Below, piece by piece: positions 38,335 to 49,485 of a DNA stretch of 64,000 nt. The stretch lies in assembly GCF_036588685.1 (NCBI RefSeq), contig NC_086386.1, forward strand, positions 57,908,001 to 57,972,000. Reading direction: 5' to 3'. The stretch's first letter is position 1, and each line of letters opens with the position of its first letter. This DNA is from Mytilus trossulus (taxonomy: Eukaryota). The position numbers and the translations under genes were made by a program. Under the pieces are notes generated by a model that ran no database searches, was not told the DNA's origin, and worked only from the letters and a program-made list of their open reading frames with translations.

Positions 38335-41300
38335 GGGCAAACACTTTATAATGGCCTTAAAATTAGAAAGATCATATCATAGGGACTAATTAGGTTCAAT
38401 TTGATTAGACTTTAACTTCATCAACCTTAAAAAAGAAGCCCAGTAATAATACATTCTAAACAAATTCAATGTTAACCAATTTATTTTGATTCTACTGGCA
38501 TGATTTTGTAATGCATGTACAATAAACTTATAAAATTGAGATATGTTCCTCCATAAATAAAACATTTAATAAATCTAGTAGTACCATACCTTTTGTGTTA
38601 CATAGTTTTGTCAAAAATAAATTTCAATTGTTAATAACAATCAATTTTGTCTAATTAGTTTTCATTTTAAAACTGATGTTTTCTAAAACCTGTTGAAAAA
38701 AAATTGTCATACAAAAAATGAAAATGGGAGACAACTCTAGGTTCTTGTTTTCCATTTTATCAGAAAATAACTAATTCAAATCTCTGATCATCCCATGATC
38801 ATACTGATATTCTCTGATAATCAAGATTTAATTTTAGATTTAGCAAGGGAAATTACTAGACATGCTAGATAGCATTGTGGAAAAAGTAACTGAAGCAAAT
38901 TTTGTTAATGTTGTACAATGATTTTTCCTGACTTTTTCTGTGTTAAAACATCATTTAACTATAAAAAATTCACAGAGGGCTGTTCCTGAATGGAAAGCAA
39001 ATTATCAAAAAAATAGTACCTCCGATCCCCTCCAATTCCTTCAACTTTGCACAAAAATAACAGTATCATTCTAGGTTACTAAAAATTAAATTCAGCCTTC
39101 AAGTTTTCCTTTGTTGGAGCAGCTATCATGTTCTTAACAGAAAATATATAAACATGATCAATCTGAATCTATTTATAAACTTTTCATTCTGATTCCAAAG
39201 TCTTCATTATCTGCATTGATAGGAATTTTCTCTTCAACAGTGCCACTTTATAGTCCATCCAGTTTCATCCTGATATAAATATTCTCCTTTTGGCAAATTT
39301 CCAGTAACATCATTTCGGTAATTTTCTAGAAAACTACCAACTCGGGGAAAAAAATTTTGCTTTACAATTTTTCATTGAATCAGTAATTCCTGTACAAAAG
39401 ATATCATAGTTCAAGGTCAGCCAAAGAATTACTATAGTATCATAACATATTGTTGATTTATATCTGAACAAATCTAATTCTGTTGTTCCAAGAAGCACAT
39501 CTTCTTCGCTATCATAAAAATATATGACGATCTTCTTTTTTGAGATCCCGATAGTACAAAAATGTACATGTAGTAGGAACCAAACAATGTCTAAGATTAT
39601 TTCTGTTTTCCTTGCGCTGGAGAAATGAGAAAAACAATTGATTGAGCTAGAACTTGTTCCTGATGACTAGATGTCTTTGTTTCTGGAGAGGACTCTGATG
39701 AAGATACTGTAGATGAGCCGACTTTAAAGTTATCATCTTCAACATTGGCCAAATGCACAGAAACATTGTTTATCAATATATCAGATTTTCCATGCCACCC
39801 ATCTATCCAACCTATAAAATAAAATTCAAATCAATAGACCACTTTTTGCATGTTTTAGGTATATGCTGCACCAGGAAAGTTCATTAATAATGCACCCTTT
39901 ATGAGGTTAGAAGGGTTCGTCTTGTATCTCTGCACTATTAAAATCTTCAATTGTCTTTGTGATCAAGATCATCATTATCATGATTATTCTGCATAATCAT
40001 GATAATGATGATCTTGATAATCTTGATAAACTAGAAATCGTGTTTTATCTAGTAGGTTTATAACAATTCCCTAATAACTGTAGTGCTGATTATCAATTCA
40101 GATAAATTAGTTTGCTGAATAATTAAAATGGAAATGTTAGAATGCAAATTTTATTAGATTTGGGCCAGAAGTGACCCAGTAGTATAAGACGAGAAGATTT
40201 TTGTATAAGTTAAGATGACATGGTACACACAGAAATGAGAAAGCTCAAAAGGGAAGGTCATGAAAGTACTGGTATATTTTTTGCTGTGTAAATTTGGAGA
40301 CATGTTTTATAAAGATTCACTGTCAAAAGGGCAACAAAACTTAAGGAAGGCTTTTCAAGGCATTAAAGATACGACAGGTACATGAAGGACAAATAAATCC
40401 ATATATTAATACACAAGTTTTGTTGTTGTTGACCTGTTATAATAAATCTTACCAAATGATGTAGCATCAAAATCACCATCTGCACTGTCACCATGTTCAC
40501 CAGTTTTGCATGGACAACTTAATGAATTTGGTTGGAATCTTAGATTATGATATGAATCATCAATTTTGTAACTTCCATCTACAGTCAGAGGTGATAACAA
40601 ATGCAGTGACACAATAACTGCCCACTCTGCGTCATCACAAGTTTCCTCCTCTAATGCAATATCATGATCTGCAAAAGAATTACACACAAATGTGACAATA
40701 TATACATTTGTACCCCATATCATCATGATTATCATGTTCATCAATATGACATGTATAAGAAATTGTGGTTTAATCATGAATATCTATTTATAATGGATTG
40801 GGAAACAAGTTATTGCAACGTATAAAATACATGTTATTGTCCCTTTCCACTTCCCCTTTAAGAAATAAAGGGTGTCTTTTACATTTTTAGGCAGTTAAGC
40901 TGCCTTATGCGAGCACCCTAGATTTGTGTTCTACTCAATAAATGCTGAAATACGTGCCATTGTCATTATTTAGCTGGATATTATATTTGTTATTTATAAC
41001 TAATAGTTGACAGTTATTTCATACTTTTTATTCTGGATAACAAAAAATATGACCAGAAAAACCTTAAATGGTTGTCGAATAACCCCAAACTTTTGAAGTT
41101 GTACATAAGAAGTAGAGCACATAACATGCATAAGGAATCCTTATATATATATAAATGTAGTTTATTATCCCCTGAGCTTTTGGCTAAGATGCCAAAGAAC
41201 AAATGTATGAAATATTTAACCGCAGAAAATCTCTAAAGATAGTTTAGACTTCCCAAATTGCAAAAAGTCGTAGGAATATTTTTTTGTCGTCAATACGCAA

Positions 41301-42219
41301 ACAACGTTAACTACGCCAGTAATCTATTTTAAACAAGTTTACATGTTTATGCTGTTGGTAGCAATTTTAAAGAATCCGGGTTTGTTCGCGCCCATTCACA
41401 TTCGCACCCACTCATGTTTGTCCCCTTTCACCTTTGCACTAAAAGTCTGTTCGCACCTTACATGTTCGCGCCCAATTTCAATTGGTTTTGTGTTTAATAA
41501 CTATAGCTTTGTAATCAAGTTTTGGCAAGTGTATTCTTCATGTTCTTATATTTGTTGTCATTGTCACAAAATAAAGTGAGACAGCATTTGTTTTTGTGTT
41601 GAATAAATCTTAATCATGTTTTGGATACGCACCAACCTCAGCGAGGGGTTCTATAGCCTCAATTGGACCCAGGTTGTAACATCTTTTAGTAGTGGGTTTG
41701 AAAGGTGTCATGAAAAACTTATCAATAGCAAATTAAAATACCTACATGTAATAGACTTTTTTTTTTATCTTTTATCTTTAATATATTCATTGTGTTGTTT
41801 TGAAATCTAATGGTCAATGGTGTTGCAGAAAATATCCAAACCAGTTACTTTAAAATATCTTTTTAAAAGGAACCCTGTTCTGTATATATATTTCAAGTTT
41901 AATTCCCAATCCGATGGCATTTTATTATAAAACAGGATGTGGGTACGCGTAGCCTACGAATGTCAATTTGACTATTTGTACCCGAATGCGGGTACGCCCA
42001 GACACTGCCTTACTTTTTTGACAACCTTGAATCTGACATGATAATTATGATAATATGTGAACAAGTTTATTATACCACTATATATCCGTGATATCATTTC
42101 TTTTAAAAGTAGTGCATGTAGGGAGAACATACTCTTTGAATTAGGACCAACCCTCTTACATTATTGTACTAGTCCAAATAATTATGACTCTTATGAAGGA
42201 TATATATATATAAATTTTC

Positions 42220-43114
42220 GGAAGCAGGACAAATCGCCCCACTGGCAAATCGCCCCACTTTTAAAAAATCACCCTAAACTGGTTTATCAACTCGCCCCAC
42301 TTGTATAAAGGGTTAAATCCCGTTAATTTTTCTCCTGCCAACTCGCCCCACTTAATGAAATAATATTATCCTAGATGAATATGAAAAATTCAGGTCTGCC
42401 AACTCGCCCCACATAACTAAAAAAAAAAATATACACAGAATACAAAAAAACGAAAATTTACTCAATCATTATTATTGATGTGGCATGACTCAACTTAATT
42501 CATCAGGTATTTTTTACTTTTCATAAGTGGGTCGAGTTAGCGCTAGCATTGCTCAATTTATCAGGATTTTTCTATTTTTCACTGGTTGGGCTAGTTGGCA
42601 TTCATGTCATAGAGAATACTGATACTCACTTCTTTATGCTTTATTTCAACAAAAAGAAAAGAACTACCATTATGTCATGTATGTATAGGTCAAAGAACTG
42701 TCTTCAACATGGAGCCTTTTTCACATCGAACAGTAAGCTACATGTATAAAGGGTCTCACGAATGACTAGTGTAAAACCATTCAAACGGGGAAAAAATGTG
42801 TATTGTTTTTTTAAAAGTGAGACAGGAACATACAGGACAAGTGGGGCAAGTTGGCATTACTAAATTCATCAGGATTTATCTATTTTTCAGAAGTGGGGCG
42901 AGATGGTAGACCATATAATATATCAGAGGGATTCTCTTTTTATAAATGAAGCAATATATCCAACCTATTTCCAATGGGATTTTATCCTTTTCATAAGTAA
43001 GGCGAGTTGGTAAACAAAAGTGGAGGGATTTTTTAGAAAGTGGGGCGAGTTGGTGAAAAAGTGGGGCGAGTAGGTGTGGGTAGATTTGCCAGTGGGGAGA
43101 TTTGTCATGGATTC
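42220..43114. mobile_element. Non-autonomous TIR element with repeated subterminal motif
   Basis: Left GGACAAATCGCCCCACTGGCAAAT..., right ...ATTTGCCAGTGGGGAGATTTGTCATGGATTC. Multiple CAACTCGCCCCAC on the left, inverted GTGGGGCGAGTTG on the right. No convincing TSD. Confidence 0.75.
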
Positions 43115-43348
43115 ATTTTTTCCAGGAAGGTGCTAAAGCAAAATTCTAATATAGCCTTCCAAGATGTACTAATTGAACATACAATGCAATGTATGCCTTA
43201 CCCTTGAGAAGATAATTTAGTAATTTTTCTAAAGCTTCCATTTGTTTCTCATCTTCTGGGACCTGTGGGTGCGGATCAAGGAACCTCTTCAAAATAAAAA
43301 CTCCATTTTGAAAAATTGACCCAGCTGCATAAATGCGGGCAAGAGGTT

Positions 43349-43653
43349 TGTAGTGTAATTGCCCCTTAGTTCTAGGGGTTTCCCCAACCTATCACAAGGG
43401 TACTGGTACATCACGGAGGGATCCGAAGGGACACATGACATGACGTAACAGTTGGGTACTTCCAGCCTCGTCCTCGATGACATCTCTCTTACCACGGAAC
43501 GAGCAAGGCAATGCGCCTGATATCTGGGGCTAGACGAGGTTAGCTGGGACTGACACCTTGTAGAAAGGTAAGGGCACTCTAACACTAAGCATAGCTTGTA
43601 TCAACCCCTCGGGTAACCATAGAGCTCAGCGAGACAGGCCAAATAACACTTTA
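43349..43653 (+). repeat. 5' LTR
   Basis: TGTAGTGTAATT...AATAACACTTTA; about 3 mismatches to the 3' LTR by eye. Confidence 0.96.
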
Positions 43654-43654
43654 C

Positions 43655-43673
43655 TGGTAGTTGCGGGTGGTTT
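43655..43673 (+). promoter_or_regulatory. Primer-binding site, imperfect match to the initiator tRNA-Met 3' end
   Basis: TGGTAGTTGCGGGTGGTTT, one base after the LTR; the metazoan tRNA-iMet complement is TGGTAGCAGAGGATGGTTT (15/19). Confidence 0.6.
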
Positions 43674-44133
43674 AAATTTTGGTCCTGTAGGGGATTGGAC
43701 GCCATTTTGGCATCACTCCAAAATTTTGAGTGCCTTCAGTCAAATCTAAAAATAAGTATTTTGTCTAAGGGAGACAAACTGGGTCCGGTGGTATACTTTC
43801 TAGGTGAAAGTCAGTCGTATTTGTATAGTTTTTGGGCTGAGCAAGGATTCGATAGTTACAAATCCTTGGGCTGAGGAAAAACTTTTTGAAAAGTTTGCTT
43901 TAGTGATAGCGAGATTTGGTCGCCATCTTGGATTATGTTTACAGATGTAAACAAACGGATGTAAACAAACACAAGAGCAGTTTGCTTTTATAGTGTTCCG
44001 TGTATATTTTATTTTTGACTTGAGTTTTTGTTGAATAAAAAAATATTGTTGATCCGTGTATAAATATAATTTTGTGAATTATATTGAATAAAGTGAAATA
44101 AATTTTTATAACTTTGTAAAGTACAAAGTCACT

Positions 44134-44831
44134 ATGCAGGGGTACATGATCAATATTAACACCTGTCCTAAGGTAATACTTACCTGCATACCTGGCATAG
44201 GGGAGGCCATAGCAGGAAGGATCATGGATATTAGGGCAAAAGGTATCCACATTGATAGAGATGTTTTGTTCCAAATTCCACACTTGAGAGTGACAGAAGG
44301 TATTCTGGGTATAATTGATTTTTCACGAAGACCAAGAGCTGAGCTCAGGGAAGCTGTCCGTGACGGAGCCTGTTCTGTGAGTATGTTGCCTCCAAAGCCT
44401 GATCATGTGATTGTTGATTGTGATTGTTGGAACCAGAGGAGTATCCTTGTTCAAGTTTTAAGGATACAGGTACTCAAGATGAGGTAGAATCATCTTGCTC
44501 AGAGGATGGAGCCTGCTCCAGTCTTGAATGGGACAAACATCGCCTGGAACAAATACAAAGTCGTTCTGAACATTTAACTATGTTAGACTAGTTACATTGT
44601 GAACCATCACAGGAGAGCCTTTCTTCAGAGAGTTTGAACTCAGACCTGAGTGTTTGTAGCAATGAGTATCATACTCAACCACCAAGGATCAACATGGTTG
44701 CGCACCCTCAACCAGACAGTCAACAGGACGGTGATGTCCCATATGACAGAATGTTCATACCGCTTAGCTAGAACTGGCATATTCAAAACCCTGTAGTCGA
44801 TCAACAGGAAGATTGCAACCATCAACAAGAG
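44134..44831 (+). pseudogene. Disrupted N-terminus of the Gag polyprotein with a helix-hairpin-helix (ComEA-like) domain
   Basis: ININTCPKVILTCIPGIGEAIAGRIMDIR is an HhH pattern. After a frameshift at the TGATTGT microduplication (about 44408-44430), the frame runs into ORF 44832 with only two TAG stops (44589, 44769). Confidence 0.75.
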
Positions 44832-47348
44832 GTGCAACAGACTCCGCCTAGATATAATAGCTCTGATTATGACCAACAACCAAGGTTCTTACATACACCT
44901 ACATCTGACCATGTTCACTTTTCACCAAGTGTACAACATGAGCACCACTATGTCGACCAATATCAACATGGCTTCAATAGTCTTCACCGACTGGAAGTCA
45001 ACAAGAGTCAACAAAGAGTGGAAATGCAACATAAAGTACAATGCCTACAACAACGGCTAGACCAGCTTCAACAAGGGGTCATTAACTATGCACAGCCTGT
45101 GCAACAACAACATCTAGCTGCAGCGCCGGCTTCTATACCTCTACAGCAGCTACAACAACAGGTTAGTGAAGTTGTTCATCAACAACCAAATTATCCAGAA
45201 CCAAGGTTTCAACCACCAAGTTCTGTACCAGAAGTTCAACAACATAAGATGATTGGTCACCCAACTTCTATGTATCAACCTCCTAGAGGTGAACCACCGC
45301 CACAAGCACCAACAAATTTAATGCCTTACAACCATCAATACATACCTGGTTTAACGTACCCAAGTTTGGGTCAGTCACAACCATTACACGTGCCTCAGTT
45401 ACCTATGCCTGGCACACAGCAGCAACCTCCACCATCAGGAGCACCTCAGCTGCATTACAACCAACCTTCAGCAAGACAGAAGGAATATAATAGTGATTAC
45501 TATGGGAGACAAGAAAGAAGTGATCCTAGACATAAATATATAGGTGATTCTGACATGTCAAATGTTTCAGCATACCGCCAGTCCAGAACAAAGCGAAGGT
45601 CAGAACCTGAGTACAACAGACCTCATAAGAATCAACAGCGTGATTTCTCACCTTTAAGAAGTGTAAGGAGTTTTCCATTACACCATAGTCGTTCAAATCC
45701 TAGAATGTCTAGAATGTCTAGTGACTCCCGATCAGAATCTGACACAGATGGTCAAAGTTCTGAAAGCAGTCAGGAAAGTAGACAAAAGGAGAAAATAGAG
45801 AAAAGACAATTTCTGTCCTCGATCCCGAAAACGCTCCGCTATAATGGGAAGGGCAACTGGAAAGCCTTTTATACCAAGTTTTCTAGTTATGCTAAAATGG
45901 CCGAGTGGACAGATAAACAAAAAAGGGAACAGCTCTGCTGGTGCCTAGATGATGCAGCCAGTGAGTATTACACCTTAATCCTAGAAAATAACAAAACAGC
46001 AAGTTTTTCTGATATTGTATCCAATATGAATAAGAGATTTGGTCATCAAGAATTGCCAGAAACCTCACAGGTTCAGTTCCAGACAAGTGCCCAAGGAGAA
46101 AAGGAGACCTTAGAGGAGTGGTCGGAAAGAGTGTTGACTCTCGCCACTAGAGCCTATAGCAGGTACAGTGAACAACTAATGACTGAACAGGCAATCATGA
46201 GGTTTTGTCAGGGTTGTAATGATACAGTTGCTGGAACAGAAGCTTGTATCTCTAAACCAAAGTCCATGGATGCAGCCTTGGATATGATTAGATGGTGTCA
46301 GCACACTAGGAAGGCTGTCAGTGCCATTCAGAAAACTAGCAAGGAGGAGTCTCTTTCAGAGAAGTCAGTTAACTCACCAGTAGTTCTTGGTGTAGGTAGC
46401 ACCAAGTCTAGTATGGATAATCGTCTCTCTCGCATAGAAGAACATATAAAGAAAATGATGTCAATAGTAACCAGTTTGGTTCAGGAACAATCAGCCAAAC
46501 ATGGAACCAGTCCTAGTTCTAGGTCACCTAATCAAGACAACATGTATTCTGATTATTCGCCTACTCGTAATTATGGTCGAGGGCGAGGGAATAACTCTGG
46601 CGACAGAAGATATACCAGACAGGGTTATTATAATAATGAATGCTTTAATTGTCACCAGCAAGGTCATTATATCAAAGACTGTCCAGAACTTTATGTACAA
46701 GAAACAGAAAGACAGACAGTACAGAAAGAGCCAACATCTCAACAAGTATCTTTTGATGAGAATAACATAGACAATTCTCATGAATCTGAAGGAGTAGTAT
46801 CTGGAATCAGTACAGTTAGATCACTAGGACCAGCCAAACTCTTTAGAGTTGAAGTATATATTGCGGGAAAGAAAGTACTCGCTCTAGTTGATTCAGGTTC
46901 TGAAGTAAGTATTCTTAAGGACACAATTTTTGACACTTCGGAGCCTAAGCCCTATGTTATCAGGGAGACTACCATGCATGGTGCTGGTACCAACATGACA
47001 ATGCCATGCAGGCTTTCTAGTCCTATAAAGTTTAAGATTGGAGAGATACAGTTCAATCAACAACTGTATGTAGCTCCAGTGTCATGTGATATGATACTGG
47101 GATGTGTCTTTTTCATGTATAATAGAGTTGTAATGAATGTAAGAGAACTAACATTAACTGTACAGAATAGGAACATGCCATTTATACTAGGAGATGAAAA
47201 CATGAACCTAATGTCAACGTTGTTCATGGAAAGAACACTTCAGATTCATCTTCAGATGAGAAACCCAGAACAGAAGGGTCAACACAAAGGTTCCCAGCCA
47301 GCAGGCAAAATGCTGAATTTCATCTTGAAACAGTCGTTCCTCAAGTAG
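44832..47348 (+). CDS. gag: Retrotransposon Gag (Q/P-rich, capsid-like, CCHC zinc knuckle) plus retropepsin-like aspartic protease
   Basis: YNGKGNWKAFYTKF...WTDKQKREQLCWCLDDAA (retrotransposon gag pattern), CFNCHQQGHYIKDC, VLALVDSGSEVSIL...DMILGC. Confidence 0.92.
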   Translation: MQQTPPRYNSSDYDQQPRFLHTPTSDHVHFSPSVQHEHHYVDQYQHGFNSLHRLEVNKSQQRVEMQHKVQCLQQRLDQLQQGVINYAQPVQQQHLAAAPASIPLQQLQQQVSEVVHQQPNYPEPRFQPPSSVPEVQQHKMIGHPTSMYQPPRGEPPPQAPTNLMPYNHQYIPGLTYPSLGQSQPLHVPQLPMPGTQQQPPPSGAPQLHYNQPSARQKEYNSDYYGRQERSDPRHKYIGDSDMSNVSAYRQSRTKRRSEPEYNRPHKNQQRDFSPLRSVRSFPLHHSRSNPRMSRMSSDSRSESDTDGQSSESSQESRQKEKIEKRQFLSSIPKTLRYNGKGNWKAFYTKFSSYAKMAEWTDKQKREQLCWCLDDAASEYYTLILENNKTASFSDIVSNMNKRFGHQELPETSQVQFQTSAQGEKETLEEWSERVLTLATRAYSRYSEQLMTEQAIMRFCQGCNDTVAGTEACISKPKSMDAALDMIRWCQHTRKAVSAIQKTSKEESLSEKSVNSPVVLGVGSTKSSMDNRLSRIEEHIKKMMSIVTSLVQEQSAKHGTSPSSRSPNQDNMYSDYSPTRNYGRGRGNNSGDRRYTRQGYYNNECFNCHQQGHYIKDCPELYVQETERQTVQKEPTSQQVSFDENNIDNSHESEGVVSGISTVRSLGPAKLFRVEVYIAGKKVLALVDSGSEVSILKDTIFDTSEPKPYVIRETTMHGAGTNMTMPCRLSSPIKFKIGEIQFNQQLYVAPVSCDMILGCVFFMYNRVVMNVRELTLTVQNRNMPFILGDENMNLMSTLFMERTLQIHLQMRNPEQKGQHKGSQPAGKMLNFILKQSFLK

Positions 47349-47362
47349 AGTCTAACCTAGCT

Positions 47363-48538
47363 ATGAGGGCCTCAACATCTACACAGGGATCTGAGCCTGA
47401 TCAATGTAGAGACAGTAGGGTTGACAAGGTAGAATCAAGAGAGAGCCTTGGGTTTTATACTTGTCCCAAAAGTGGAAAAAGGGAGAGGACTTGTGTTCAA
47501 AGTCCAACAGACCGTAAATGTCCTGTAAAGAACTGCCCAGTAGTGGTAGATAGAAGAGACGTAAAACGACATTGTTTTGAAGAACATCTTTCTGAAATTT
47601 TTCAGACATATCATTCCAAAAGACTGATGGAGGACAGAAGATTTCACCAACATAGAGCTTATGTGGTTATGCTCATAGCAAAATGGTTAACCGGGCAGGA
47701 AACAGGTACTGCCAAAGACTTGGTGAATTTCCTCAATGAGAAGTCTTTTGTGCCCCGTTCTACACATGTTTCAGGGATACAGATGCAAGTCCATCGTACA
47801 GTGTGTAAAGAGATGGGATGGACAGATTATTTTAGGTATAGTTTGAGACCGGTAAACAGCCCTGCTTGTTTACTCAATTGGAGAGTTCTTTCTTCAGTTC
47901 TACACTTTTTCAGCCCTGAACAACAAGATATGGTGGCCGAAGGATTTAGCTACAATCCTAGAAATCCTCCAGAACCTGAGGAACTTGCTGAGATGAATGC
48001 CAGTTTCTGGCCAGTGTTTGTTAACAAAGCTCAAGATGAGTCAGCAATTCCTCAAAAAGAAGGGGAGGAAGACAATGTTCAGTCTGAACAAGAAGGACGT
48101 ACCATAGTAATGGACGAAATAGAAGAAATTCACTATGAGAGTGAAAGTTTGAACACTGAAACATCTAGCAAAAAGAGAAAATTGCAGTCCAATATTGCTG
48201 ACAATGAAACAAATGCACACCATACTCTGAAGAATGAAACCGTACTTCTCCTAGGACGCCAAGTTTCACAACTAGCTGAATCCCAGGTAGAGCATTCTTC
48301 TTCACACCTCAAGTCGAGACAGAGTCCTCAAGTTCCAACAATTGTACTTATACAGTATGAGGGTTTGCAGTGTATGGCAAGGGTTAGTTCTATGGCAGAA
48401 CTGTACAATGTGGTTACTGAACGATTCCCTGAAAGTGGGAATGTTTCACTGATCTGTGAAGGAAGAGTTTTAGATGATAGTGTATGTTTTGACCTGTTAG
48501 GTCACCGTCCTCACATTGAAGTGAGGCGCCTTCAGTAA
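47363..48538 (+). CDS. Unknown retroelement protein in the pol position: C2H2-like motif, helical core, acidic linker, possible ubiquitin/PB1-like C-terminus
   Basis: 391 aa; CPVKNC..x8..VKRHCFEEH, PVNSPACLLNWR. No YxDD, RNase H or HHCC/DDE motifs. This frame is open from 47198. Confidence 0.8.
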   Translation: MRASTSTQGSEPDQCRDSRVDKVESRESLGFYTCPKSGKRERTCVQSPTDRKCPVKNCPVVVDRRDVKRHCFEEHLSEIFQTYHSKRLMEDRRFHQHRAYVVMLIAKWLTGQETGTAKDLVNFLNEKSFVPRSTHVSGIQMQVHRTVCKEMGWTDYFRYSLRPVNSPACLLNWRVLSSVLHFFSPEQQDMVAEGFSYNPRNPPEPEELAEMNASFWPVFVNKAQDESAIPQKEGEEDNVQSEQEGRTIVMDEIEEIHYESESLNTETSSKKRKLQSNIADNETNAHHTLKNETVLLLGRQVSQLAESQVEHSSSHLKSRQSPQVPTIVLIQYEGLQCMARVSSMAELYNVVTERFPESGNVSLICEGRVLDDSVCFDLLGHRPHIEVRRLQ

Positions 48539-49485
48539 CAGTTTTCCCAGTTTGGGATTTAACACCTTTGAAATTGTGTTGAGTGTGAGCCATTGTTGTA
48601 CTTTCTGTGATTTTTATTAGTTTTTTTTTGCTTGACCCTGTTTTTATTTAGATTTTGGTGATACTAACTATTAAAGTAGTAAAATAGTTAAATGCATCCT
48701 TATATAGAGGCACTATATATGTGGGATTTTTGACAAGAGTCAAATTATTTATGGTCATGTACATCCTTCCTAGTTTTGGGGTTATAGACCTATAGTATTT
48801 AGTCGGTTGTAAACTATGTACAAAGTTATACATGTACATGTTAGTTAGTTTCATTTGGAAATTCAGGGTGGTATTAATGAACTTGTCATTTAGACATTGA
48901 GATAGTTTTATATTTTGAAGCATGATTTTTGTCAGTTAAGGTCTGAACAGTTGATACATGTATATGTATGTGAACATTACACAGAGTCAGGGTTTTTAGA
49001 CGTGTTGAGCACGCAGTTTATTGTCTTGTAATGAGACCCATGTCCAGGACTGTATAAGTTGGAATAGCATATGGCTATGGTCGACCTGGAGTTCGGCTGT
49101 TATTTGTCCTGAAGAACCTGTTGAGGTTGGCACCTAGACTTGCTACATGTCCCTTCCTAATTATGTTTTTATTTCTTTTTTTCAATTTTGCCCCTTTAAT
49201 AGTTTTACTGCTATAACTAGGAGATTACAATTATACTGACATCTGCAGGAGGAAGGGACTTGTAAAGTTTGTCTGAGGCTTGACCAAACTGTTAATCTTA
49301 GAGTAATTAAGATTGACATTTATTGATAAGAATTTCAGATAACAGTTGGGAAGTGAAACTTGATATTCCAGTGTTGTGCAAATACTGTTATTTATTTTCA
49401 TTGTATAACTTACTAGAAAGATAAGGTCACTGAACTTATACATATGATCAAACATCACATCATTGTCAGAGTTTATGTTGTTCCA

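Noticed and set aside
43289-43585. Duplicated ORF MLECPYL... (also 57266-57604) as a gene pair
   Set aside because: Antisense reading of the two LTRs; similarity stops at the LTR boundary.
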